DNA of 64,000 nt, from positions 4,456-68,455 of the forward strand of contig JAFQHD010000108.1 of the NCBI GenBank assembly GCA_017398145.1, written 5' to 3'. Under the pieces are notes generated by a model. It did no database searches, was not told the DNA's origin, and saw nothing but the letters and a program-made list of their open reading frames with translations. This DNA is from Clostridia bacterium (GTDB taxonomy: Bacteria > Bacillota > Clostridia > Oscillospirales > CAG-272). Made by a program: the position numbers and the translations under genes. The first letter of the stretch is position 1. Each line of letters begins with the position of its first letter. Positions 1 through 8,712 of this stretch are shown in pieces.

Positions 1-79
1 AGATGCTTTTTTGTGTGCAAAGGAAACGAAAATAAATAATACACTACCCATTATTTATTTTAAGGAGATCAAAAAGCAA

Positions 80-1180
80 ATGAGTAATTCCAAAAACAAA
101 ATCATTGAATTAAAAAACGTTTCAATGACCTTCCGTGACAGCGATACCCCCGTTCTTAACAACATATCGCTGGACATCCACGACAACGAGTTCGTTACCC
201 TGCTGGGTCCCTCGGGCTGCGGTAAGACTACCACCCTTCGTATCATCGGCGGCTTTGCTACTCCCGATACGGGCGACCTTCTCTTTAACGGTAAGCGTAT
301 CAACGATGTTCCTCCCTACAAGAGACAGGTAAATACCGTATTCCAGAAGTACGCCCTTTTCCCTCATCTCAATGTTTACGACAACGTTGCCTTCGGACTT
401 CGTATCTCAAAGGTACCCGAAAAGGAGATAAAGCAGAGGGTCATGGAGATGCTGGAGATCGTGGATCTGGCCGGCTTTGAAAAGAGAACCATAGATCAGA
501 TGTCGGGCGGTCAGCAGCAGCGTATCGCTATTGCCCGCGCACTTGTAAACAATCCCAAGATACTGCTTCTTGACGAGCCTCTGGGTGCTCTTGACTTAAA
601 GCTCCGTAAGGAGATGCAGATAGAGCTCAAGAAGATACAGCAGCGTATGTCCATCACCTTCGTGTATGTTACCCACGATCAGGAGGAGGCTCTTACAATG
701 AGCGATACCGTGGTCGTTATGAACAAGGGTGAGATACAGCAGATAGGTACGCCTCAGGATATCTATAACGAGCCTGTCAACGCCTTTGTTGCCAACTTTA
801 TCGGTGAGAGTAACATTCTTCCCGGTATCATGCACCGCGATTATCTGGTCGAGTTTGCGGGCAATAACTTTGACTGTGTTGACGGCGGCTTTGAGGAGAT
901 GGAGCCTGTTGACGTCGTCATCCGTCCCGAGGATATCACCATCGTACCCGCTTCCGACGAGGTGCTTAACGGTGTCGTTGAGACGGTTACCTTTAAGGGT
1001 GTTCACTATGAGATCGTAGTAAACGCTTACTCGGATTACTGGATAGTTCATTCCACCAAGTCTGCAAATGTAGGCGAGGTAGTAGGTCTGTCCTTTACCC
1101 CCGAGGATATCCATATCATGAAGAAGAGCGAAATGCCTAAAATTACCCGCTACACCGTAGGTCGCAGTGAGGAGGCATAA
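80..1180 (+). CDS. potA: Spermidine/putrescine ABC importer ATP-binding subunit
   Basis: ORF 11..1180. Walker [10 protein letters not shown], signature LSGGQQQR, Walker B LLLDEP and a C-terminal TOBE-like domain. AAGGAG at 62-67 favours the ATG at 80. Confidence 0.9.
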   Translation: MSNSKNKIIELKNVSMTFRDSDTPVLNNISLDIHDNEFVTLLGPSGCGKTTTLRIIGGFATPDTGDLLFNGKRINDVPPYKRQVNTVFQKYALFPHLNVYDNVAFGLRISKVPEKEIKQRVMEMLEIVDLAGFEKRTIDQMSGGQQQRIAIARALVNNPKILLLDEPLGALDLKLRKEMQIELKKIQQRMSITFVYVTHDQEEALTMSDTVVVMNKGEIQQIGTPQDIYNEPVNAFVANFIGESNILPGIMHRDYLVEFAGNNFDCVDGGFEEMEPVDVVIRPEDITIVPASDEVLNGVVETVTFKGVHYEIVVNAYSDYWIVHSTKSANVGEVVGLSFTPEDIHIMKKSEMPKITRYTVGRSEEA

Positions 1181-1183
1181 GCG

Positions 1184-2095
1184 ATGAACAAAAACGCTAA
1201 ATGGGCGGCGGGTCCCTACCTTCTTTGGATGGTAGTGTTCGTTATCGTTCCCCTTATACTTATCGGCGTATTCGCCTTCACCACCGAGGCTCCCTTTGAC
1301 CTTGAGGGCAACCGTCTGACCGAGGAGGAGGCGGCATTGCTTATCGAGGAGCAGGGCGAGGATGCAGTGGAAAACAAAACTGTATTCACCTTGAATCACC
1401 TCTTTGAGGTCAGCGAATACCTTCCCGTTCTTTTAAAATCGGCTTGGCTTGCTCTCATAGCAACAGCCATCTGTCTTATTATCGGCTATCCCATGGCGTA
1501 TTTTATGTCACGCTTCCGCCGTGAATGGCAGCAGGTCATTCAGATGCTTATTATGCTCCCCATGTGGATGAACTTTTTGCTCCGTACCTATGCTTGGATG
1601 ACACTTTTAGAGAAAAACGGCTGGATAAACCGTTTTTTAGGGCTTTTTGACATAGGTCCCTTCAATATGATAAACACACAGGGTGCTGTGGTTTTAGGTA
1701 TGATATATAACTACCTGCCTTTTATGATACTGCCCCTCTATTCGGTAATGCTTAAGATAGAGAACACCACCATCGAGGCGGCGCAGGATCTTGGCGCAGG
1801 CTCTGTCCGTGTTTTCACAAAGGTTGTTATTCCCCTGAGTATGCCGGGTATCGCCTCGGGTATCACTATGGTATTCGTGCCTGCGGTATCCACATTTATC
1901 ATCTCCCGTATGCTGGGCGGCGGCACCAATATGCTTATCGGTGACCTCATCGACCTTCAGTTCCTTGGAAATGCCTATAACCCCAACCTGGGTGCAGCCA
2001 TATCCCTTGTGCTTATGGTATTCATCATTCTCTGTATGTCTATTACCAATCAGCTTGACAACGGAGATGAAGAAATGGAGGGCAAGATGCTGTGA
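1184..2095 (+). CDS. potB: Spermidine/putrescine ABC importer permease
   Basis: Six-TM binding-protein-dependent permease with an EAA-like loop (EAAQDLGAG). Sits directly after potA. Confidence 0.85.
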   Translation: MNKNAKWAAGPYLLWMVVFVIVPLILIGVFAFTTEAPFDLEGNRLTEEEAALLIEEQGEDAVENKTVFTLNHLFEVSEYLPVLLKSAWLALIATAICLIIGYPMAYFMSRFRREWQQVIQMLIMLPMWMNFLLRTYAWMTLLEKNGWINRFLGLFDIGPFNMINTQGAVVLGMIYNYLPFMILPLYSVMLKIENTTIEAAQDLGAGSVRVFTKVVIPLSMPGIASGITMVFVPAVSTFIISRMLGGGTNMLIGDLIDLQFLGNAYNPNLGAAISLVLMVFIILCMSITNQLDNGDEEMEGKML

Positions 2096-4110
2096 AAAAT
2101 ATCGGAAGAAGAATCTACATCGCTCTTGTATTTCTGTTCTTATATGCACCTATCGCGGTGCTTATAGTGAACTCCTTCAACGCTTCAAAGAGCCGTTCTG
2201 TATGGGGTGGGTTTACCTTTGACTGGTACCGAAAGCTGTTGATGGACGAGACCATTTTAAAATCCCTTGTTACCACTCTTGTGGTGGCACTTATCGCATC
2301 TGTTATTTCCACTATTCTCGGAACGGCTGCAGCTATAGGTATCTTCAATATGAAGAAGAACTGGCGTTCTGCTATTCTTAACATTTCTTATTTGCCTATT
2401 ATGAACCCCGAGATAGTAACCGGTGTATCCCTTATGCTTCTCTTCGTATCAATGAAGTTGAGCTTCGGATACCTGACCTTGATATTGGCTCACGTTTCTT
2501 TCTGTGTGCCTTACGTCATACTTAACGTCCTGCCGAAGCTGCGGCAGATGGACAAGCACCTTGTGGAGGCGGCGCTGGACCTTGGATGTGACCGCTGGCA
2601 GGCATTCTGGAAGGTGACGGTACCCGAGATAATGCCGGGTATAGTCACAGGCTTTCTTATGAGTATAACCTACTCGGTGGACGACTTTGTAATCAGCTAC
2701 TTTACCCACGGCTCAAAGGCACAGACTCTGTCTATCACCATCTATTCTATGACACGCCGCAAGGTCAGCCCCAAGGTAAATGCACTTTCTACTCTCATCT
2801 TTGTAGTAGTGCTTGTAGTCCTTATCATTGTAAATCTGGGCGATATCAGAAAGAACACTCCCAAAAAGCCCAAGAAAAAGGGAAGAGGCAAAAAAGCGGC
2901 GGCTATGGCTATGACCGTGCTTTGTCTTGTACCGTGCCTTGCCTTCGGCATATCCGCAGACTCCCCCTACTCCGACTCTGTTGACTGGAATAAGTTCCGT
3001 GATCAGGGTGTGGAGATAAATGTTTATAACTGGGGTGAATATATCTCGGTAGACGAGGGCGAGGAGGGTGACTTTGACACCATTGCCGAGTTTGAAAAGC
3101 TCACAGGCATCAATGTAAACTACACTACCTTTGCTTCAAACGAGGAGCTTTACGCCAAGCTTAAAAGCGGCGGCTTTACCTACGATGTTATCATCCCCTC
3201 CGACTATATGGCAGGCCGCCTTATAAACGAGGGAATGGTACAGAAGCTCAACTTTGAAAATATTCCCAATATACAGTGGATAGACGAAAGATTTTTAGGC
3301 TCTGCCTTTGATGTGAACAACGAGTATACCGTACCATATACATGGGGTTATGTAGGCATAATCTATAACAAGACTCTCGTTGATCCCGAGGATGACGTAA
3401 ACACATGGGATATCCTCTGGGACGAAAAGTATGCCAAGAACATACTCATGTTCAACAACTCCCGTGATGCCTTTGCCATAGCTCAGTTCAAGAACGGCTT
3501 TTCGGTAAACACGGCGGACGAGAGAGAGCTGGAGATCGCGGCAGATACTCTGCGCGAGCAGAAGCCCCTTGTACAGTCCTATGTCATGGACGAGATATTT
3601 GACAAGATGGGCGGCGGTGAGGCGGCTCTTGCGCCCTATTATGCAGGTGACGCGGTAACCATGATGGCGGACAACCCCGATCTTGCATTCGCTATCCCCC
3701 GTGAAGGCTATAACTACTTTATCGACTCTATGTGCATCCCCACTACCGCGACCCATAAGGAAGCGGCTGAGATGTTCATCAACTTTATGTGCGAAACAGA
3801 GGTTGCACTTCGCAATATAGAATATATCTGTTACTCCACCCCTCACACAGGAGCTCTTGAGCGCCTTGACGAAGAGGTAAGGAACAACCCCATATTCTAC
3901 CCCTCGGACGAGGATCTGGTGGTAGCCGAAGCATACAACGCTCTGCCCGAGGATGCTACCAAGACCATCGACTCCCTATGGACCGATATAATGAGTAACA
4001 CAGGCTCTATACCCTGGCTTACTCCCGTATTTCTCGTAGTATGTATCGGTGTTGCATCCTATATCAACATCCGCCGCATTCAGAAAAACAAGCGTAAAAA
4101 TGAAATCTGA
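2092..4110 (+). CDS. Fused PotC permease / PotD polyamine-binding protein with an extra C-terminal TM helix
   Basis: GTG start overlaps the potB TGA (GTGA). Residues 1-260 are permease-like (EAALDLGCD loop). A basic linker and hydrophobic segment follow, then a PotD-like periplasmic binding domain of about 330 aa, then a terminal hydrophobic helix (WLTPVFLVVCIGVASYI). Confidence 0.8.
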   Translation: MKNIGRRIYIALVFLFLYAPIAVLIVNSFNASKSRSVWGGFTFDWYRKLLMDETILKSLVTTLVVALIASVISTILGTAAAIGIFNMKKNWRSAILNISYLPIMNPEIVTGVSLMLLFVSMKLSFGYLTLILAHVSFCVPYVILNVLPKLRQMDKHLVEAALDLGCDRWQAFWKVTVPEIMPGIVTGFLMSITYSVDDFVISYFTHGSKAQTLSITIYSMTRRKVSPKVNALSTLIFVVVLVVLIIVNLGDIRKNTPKKPKKKGRGKKAAAMAMTVLCLVPCLAFGISADSPYSDSVDWNKFRDQGVEINVYNWGEYISVDEGEEGDFDTIAEFEKLTGINVNYTTFASNEELYAKLKSGGFTYDVIIPSDYMAGRLINEGMVQKLNFENIPNIQWIDERFLGSAFDVNNEYTVPYTWGYVGIIYNKTLVDPEDDVNTWDILWDEKYAKNILMFNNSRDAFAIAQFKNGFSVNTADERELEIAADTLREQKPLVQSYVMDEIFDKMGGGEAALAPYYAGDAVTMMADNPDLAFAIPREGYNYFIDSMCIPTTATHKEAAEMFINFMCETEVALRNIEYICYSTPHTGALERLDEEVRNNPIFYPSDEDLVVAEAYNALPEDATKTIDSLWTDIMSNTGSIPWLTPVFLVVCIGVASYINIRRIQKNKRKNEI

Positions 4111-4112
4111 CA

Positions 4113-4144
4113 AAAATCAGCCTTTAACCAAGGCTGATTTTTTG
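4113..4144 (+). terminator. Rho-independent terminator after the pot operon
   Basis: Stem AAAATCAGCCT / AGGCTGATTTT with a 7-nt loop, followed by a T-run. Confidence 0.85.
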
Positions 4145-4221
4145 TTATTTCCTATTGATTATAATATAATTTTGTGATACAATGTTATCTGTATGATTAT
4201 GTTTATTCAGGAGAAATGATA

Positions 4222-5943
4222 ATGAGTATTATCGATTTAAGGCTTAGTTTAGCGGCTTGTCTCAAGAAGGGAATTGACAGTATCAACCCCGATGCAGCAC
4301 TTACCGCCTCTGAAATTGCCGATATGTTCGAGTATCCCCCGGACGATAAGATGGGCGATCTGGCTCTGCCCTGCTTCAAGTTCGCAAAGACACTTCGCAA
4401 GGCTCCCCCTATGATAGCAAACGAGCTGTCCGCATCTCTCAAGGATGCAGAGGGCGTAGCCGAGGTACAGGTAGCAGGCGGCTATCTGAATATATTTATC
4501 GAGAGAGCTTCCTTTGCCCGTGACACCGTGGCAGAGGTAAACTCTAAGGGTGAAGCCTACGGCAGGCTGACTGTGGGTGAAGGCAAGACCGTAGTTCTTG
4601 ACTATTCTTCTCCCAATGTGGCAAAGCCCTTCCATATAGGACATTTAGGAACCACCGTTATCGGTCACTCCCTTAAGATGCTTCACGAGTTTGCAGGCTA
4701 TAAGTGCGTCGGTGTCAATCATTTAGGTGACTGGGGTACCCAGTTCGGTAAGCTTATCGTTGCATACCGCAAGTGGGGTAATAAAGAAGAGATCGAGGCA
4801 GGCGGCATTGATGCCCTCGTTGCCATCTACGTTAAGTTCCACGAGGAAGCAGAAAAGGACGAGACCCTTGAGGATCAGGCAAGAGCAGAGTTCACTGCTC
4901 TTGAGGCAGGGGATGAAGAAAATCTTAAGCTCTGGAAATGGTTTATCGAGATCTCTATCGAGGAATACAAGAAGACATATGCACAGCTCGGTATCGAGTT
5001 TGACAGCTATGCAGGCGAGAGCTTCTACTATGACAAGTGTGCTCCCGTTATCGAAAAGCTGAAGGATGCGGCTATTACAAAGGTAGACGACGGCGCTACC
5101 ATAGTTGATCTCTCCGAATACAATATGCCTCCCTGTCTTATACTTAAGCGTGACGGCTCCACCATCTACGCTACCCGTGATATTGCAGCGGCTCTCTACC
5201 GTAAGGAGACCTACGACTTTGACAAGTGTATATATGTAACAAGTGCAGGTCAAAGCCTCCACTTTGCACAGTGGTTCAAGGTGGTTGAGATGATGGGCTA
5301 TGACTGGGCAGACCGTCTTATCCATGTTCCCTCCGGTACAGTTAGCATCGACGATGCAAAGCTTGCTACCCGTACAGGTAAAGTTGTGCTGATAAAGGAT
5401 CTCTTCGCTCAGGCGACAGATAAGGTTCTTGGTATCATGAACGAAAAGAATCCCGATCTTGAGGGCAAGGAAGCTGTTGCCGAGGCGGTAGGCGTTGGTG
5501 CGATAGTATTCCACTATCTGTCCAACAACCGTATCAAGGATATCAACTTCAAGCTTGACGATGTTCTTAAGTTCGACGGCAACACAGGTCCTTACTGTCA
5601 GTACACCTACGCACGTTGTGCTTCTATCCTCAGCAAGGCAGGAAGCGTTGCGGACAACTGCGATTACACAGATATAACCGAAGAGGAATATCAGCTTGCA
5701 AAGACTCTTGCAAGGTTCCCCGAGGCGGTAGAATCTGCTCTTGAGTCAAGCGAGCCTATGATGATAACCCGTTACATCCTCGATGTTGCGACAGCATTCA
5801 ACCGTTTCTATCACGAGTGTCAGATACTGTCAGCCGAGGATGAAAAGATAAAAGAACGCCGTGTGGCGCTTACCAATGCAGCACATACAGTTTTAGGCTC
5901 AGCCTTTGGTCTTATCTGCATGAAGAAAACAGAAAAAATATAA
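4222..5943 (+). CDS. argS: Arginine--tRNA ligase
   Basis: ORF 4174..5943. HIGH-type motif (PFHIGHLG) and ArgS N-terminal and anticodon-binding regions. AGGAG at 4209-4213 favours the ATG at 4222. Confidence 0.92.
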   Translation: MSIIDLRLSLAACLKKGIDSINPDAALTASEIADMFEYPPDDKMGDLALPCFKFAKTLRKAPPMIANELSASLKDAEGVAEVQVAGGYLNIFIERASFARDTVAEVNSKGEAYGRLTVGEGKTVVLDYSSPNVAKPFHIGHLGTTVIGHSLKMLHEFAGYKCVGVNHLGDWGTQFGKLIVAYRKWGNKEEIEAGGIDALVAIYVKFHEEAEKDETLEDQARAEFTALEAGDEENLKLWKWFIEISIEEYKKTYAQLGIEFDSYAGESFYYDKCAPVIEKLKDAAITKVDDGATIVDLSEYNMPPCLILKRDGSTIYATRDIAAALYRKETYDFDKCIYVTSAGQSLHFAQWFKVVEMMGYDWADRLIHVPSGTVSIDDAKLATRTGKVVLIKDLFAQATDKVLGIMNEKNPDLEGKEAVAEAVGVGAIVFHYLSNNRIKDINFKLDDVLKFDGNTGPYCQYTYARCASILSKAGSVADNCDYTDITEEEYQLAKTLARFPEAVESALESSEPMMITRYILDVATAFNRFYHECQILSAEDEKIKERRVALTNAAHTVLGSAFGLICMKKTEKI

Positions 5944-6182
5944 TGAATTGACATCTTCGATATCATGAATTGCCGTTGGCATGAATTGTGCTACGCACAT
6001 GAATTGCACCTTTGGTGCATTAAGGAAACTTTTCGGCAAGCCGAAAACTGATTTAATTATAATTGATTTTTGCTATAGCAAAAATCTTCCTTAATGAAAG
6101 ACCTCGTCTTTCAATTCATGACGGTGTGCCGTCAATTCATGATGACAAAGTCATCAATTCATGCACCTACGGCGCAATTCAT
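5943..6182. repeat. Symmetric array: 4x CATGAATTG, central hairpins, 4x CAATTCATG, with eight palindromic variable spacers
   Basis: ATGAATTG at 5943, 5965, 5981 and 5999. CAATTCAT at 6112, 6133, 6155 and 6175. Every spacer is a 4-8 bp stem with a 3-4 nt loop. Central inverted repeat 6018-6027 / 6087-6096. Confidence 0.9.
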
Positions 6183-6219
6183 ACTAAAATAAATAATAAT
6201 TTTAAGGAGAATATAAATC

Positions 6220-6942
6220 ATGTCCGGACATTCCAAATGGAGTAACATTAAGCACAAGAAAGAAAAGAGTGACGCTGCCAAGGCGAAAATATTTACCAAG
6301 GTAGGTAAGGAGATCGCAGTTGCGGTTAAGGCAGGCGGTCCCGACCCCGTTTCCAACTCCAAGCTTAAGGAGCTTATCGCAAAGGCTAAGTCCTTAAACG
6401 TTCCCAATGACAATATCGACCGTATCATCAAGAAGTCCAGCGGTGCTGATGCCGTTGATTACGAAGAGGTAGTATACGAGGGCTACGGTCCCAGCGGCGT
6501 TGCAGTTATCGTTGAGGCTACCACCGATAACCGTAACCGTACAGGCGGTAATGTAAGACACTTCTTTGATAAGTACGGCGGAAACCTCGGTCAGAGCGGC
6601 TGCGTGTCCTTTATGTTCGAGGATAAGGGCGTTATCATCGTTGAGAGAGAAAGCGGTGCAGACGAGGACAAGCTGATGGAGGATTCTCTTGAGGCAGGTG
6701 CAGAGGACTTCGTTGCTGACGAAGAGGTATTTGAGATCTACACCGTTCCCGCTGACCTTATGGCAGTTAAGGAAGAGCTTGAGGCTAAGGGCTACGTTAT
6801 CGCGTCTGCCGAGAAGGACAAGATCCCCTCTAACTACGTTACCCTCACCGACGAAGAGGATATCAAGAAGATGAACCTTCTTATCGAGCATCTCGAAGAG
6901 GACGACGATATCTCCGAGATCTACCACAACTGGGAAGAATAA
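6220..6942 (+). CDS. yebC: YebC/PmpR family DNA-binding transcriptional regulator
   Basis: N-terminus MSGHSKWSNIKHKK is diagnostic of the family. AAGGAG RBS upstream. Confidence 0.92.
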   Translation: MSGHSKWSNIKHKKEKSDAAKAKIFTKVGKEIAVAVKAGGPDPVSNSKLKELIAKAKSLNVPNDNIDRIIKKSSGADAVDYEEVVYEGYGPSGVAVIVEATTDNRNRTGGNVRHFFDKYGGNLGQSGCVSFMFEDKGVIIVERESGADEDKLMEDSLEAGAEDFVADEEVFEIYTVPADLMAVKEELEAKGYVIASAEKDKIPSNYVTLTDEEDIKKMNLLIEHLEEDDDISEIYHNWEE

Positions 6943-6944
6943 TT

Positions 6945-6968
6945 TACAGGAGGCGAAAGCCTCCTGTA
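6945..6968 (+). terminator. Hairpin terminator after yebC
   Basis: TACAGGAGGC-gaaa-GCCTCCTGTA, a 10-bp stem. The downstream T-run is weak. Confidence 0.7.
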
Positions 6969-6972
6969 ATTA

Positions 6973-7057
6973 AATGCAGAATGCAAAATGCAAAATGCAG
7001 AATTGAGGAGATTTTTGTTGCATTAATGCAACAAAAATTTCATTACATTATGTAATG
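6973..7057 (+). repeat. Heptad array (AATGCAG/AATGCAA x4), then TTGAGGAG, a 11-bp hairpin and a second palindrome
   Basis: 7-nt tandem repeats at 6973-7002. Hairpin ATTTTTGTTGC-attaat-GCAACAAAAAT at 7011-7038. CATTACA-tta-TGTAATG at 7041-7057. Confidence 0.85.
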
Positions 7058-7082
7058 TATGTTCATAAGCGGGAAAGAAGAA

Positions 7083-8060
7083 ATGAAAAAAATCTTATTT
7101 ATAGGTACCGGCGGAACGATCAGTTCAAAGACCTCGTCTGCGGGGCTTGTTCCCGGTCTTGATACAGAAGCACTTATCACAGCTCTGCCGGATATACGTC
7201 AGCTTTGCGATCCTTATGCCCTGAGTCTCTATTCTATAGACAGCTCCGAGATGACCCCCGAGCATTGGTTGGGTATGGCAAAAGCAGTGCGTGACAACTA
7301 TGATAGCTACGACGCCTTTATAATCTGCCACGGTACAGACACCATGGCTTATTCGGCGGCGGCACTTAGTTATCTTGTACAGAACAGCCCCAAGCCCATA
7401 ATACTGACAGGCAGTCAGAAGCCTATTTCCTTTGACATCACCGATGCCAAGCGTAATCTCCGTGACAGTCTGCTCTGCGCTCTTCATCCCGACAGTGCAG
7501 GGGTAAATATAGTTTTTGACGGTAAGATAATTGCAGGCAGCCGTGCGGTGAAGGAAAAGACCTATTCCTTTGACGCTTTTACCAGCGTAAACTTCCCCTA
7601 TCTCGGATATATCAAGGGAGATCAGGTGGTCTACTATATCAAGCAGACCAAGGGTGAGGTGCGCTTCTACGATAAGATGGACGCAAGTATATTTGTGCTC
7701 AAGCCCACACCGGGTATGCCTCTTGATATCATAGATACGCTGGTACGTGACTACGACTGTCTTGTGGTAGAGTGCTACGGTATGGGAGGACTGCCAAAGG
7801 AAACTGCCGACCGTATGGCGTTTGCTCTTAAAAAGAACGACTGTCTTATAGTCATGACTACACAGGTTGCATACGAGGGAAGCAATACGGGCGTTTATGA
7901 GGTGGGCAGATATATTGGAGATAAGTTTGAATATCTCGAAGCTCACGATATGGCAAACGCCGCGCTCTATACCAAGCTGATGTGGATGCTGGGTAACTTT
8001 GAGAGAAGCGAATATAAGAAAATTTTCTATACGCCTGTAGGATTTGATATTTATGGGTAA
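7083..8060 (+). CDS. ansA: L-asparaginase, type I
   Basis: ORF 7059..8060. N-terminal active-site motif FIGTGGTISS and an HGTDTM motif. Confidence 0.88.
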   Translation: MKKILFIGTGGTISSKTSSAGLVPGLDTEALITALPDIRQLCDPYALSLYSIDSSEMTPEHWLGMAKAVRDNYDSYDAFIICHGTDTMAYSAAALSYLVQNSPKPIILTGSQKPISFDITDAKRNLRDSLLCALHPDSAGVNIVFDGKIIAGSRAVKEKTYSFDAFTSVNFPYLGYIKGDQVVYYIKQTKGEVRFYDKMDASIFVLKPTPGMPLDIIDTLVRDYDCLVVECYGMGGLPKETADRMAFALKKNDCLIVMTTQVAYEGSNTGVYEVGRYIGDKFEYLEAHDMANAALYTKLMWMLGNFERSEYKKIFYTPVGFDIYG

Positions 8061-8712
8061 CTGTTATATTATAGGTGCTTTCGGCTTCAATGAGGAAATT
8101 TATCCGAAGGCAGAGGATTTCGTCATAGCCGCCGACGGAGGCTATGAGGCGCTTACGAAAAAGGGAATAAGGGTGGACTGTGTAATGGGAGATTTTGATT
8201 CTCTCGGTTATACGCCCGAGCATAAAAATCTCGTGATACATCCTGCCGAAAAGGACGATACCGACACCCGTCTTGCCGTAGAATACGGCTATTCTTTAGG
8301 ATACCGTAAATTTCTCATTTTCGGCGGTATCGGAGGAAGGCTTGACCATACTCTTGCCAATATGCAGACCCTTCTCGGTCTTTGCCGAATGGGCGCACAA
8401 GCTTATCTTATCGGCGAAGGAAAAATAATAACCGTAGTGGAAAACGGCAGCTTTGAATTCAGCGGAAGCGAGCGCGGATATCTTTCACTTTTCCCCGCCG
8501 ACGGAGCTGTATCCGGAGTATATCTGAAGGGATTGAAATATACCCTTGACAATGCCGGATTGGTATCCGACAGAGCACTTGCGGTAAGTAATGAATTTAT
8601 AAATGAAAAAGCCCTTGTCAGAGTTGACAAAGGCGCACTTTATATAATGTGGTACGAGGACTATAAGGAAGGAGAGGGAAGAGCGTATGATAATAACAGG
8701 TGCAATATTTGA
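8053..8712 (+). CDS. thiN: Thiamine diphosphokinase
   Basis: ORF 8044..8712. GDFDS motif and a C-terminal TPK B1-binding-like domain. The start overlaps the end of ansA. Confidence 0.8.
   Translation: MGNCYIIGAFGFNEEIYPKAEDFVIAADGGYEALTKKGIRVDCVMGDFDSLGYTPEHKNLVIHPAEKDDTDTRLAVEYGYSLGYRKFLIFGGIGGRLDHTLANMQTLLGLCRMGAQAYLIGEGKIITVVENGSFEFSGSERGYLSLFPADGAVSGVYLKGLKYTLDNAGLVSDRALAVSNEFINEKALVRVDKGALYIMWYEDYKEGEGRAYDNNRCNI

Noticed and set aside
5943-6182. CRISPR array
   Set aside because: The conserved unit is only 9 nt. The 'spacers' are 8-16 nt and are themselves palindromic. The repeats switch orientation halfway through the array. No cas genes or leader are present. The region is reported instead as an unexplained hairpin array.
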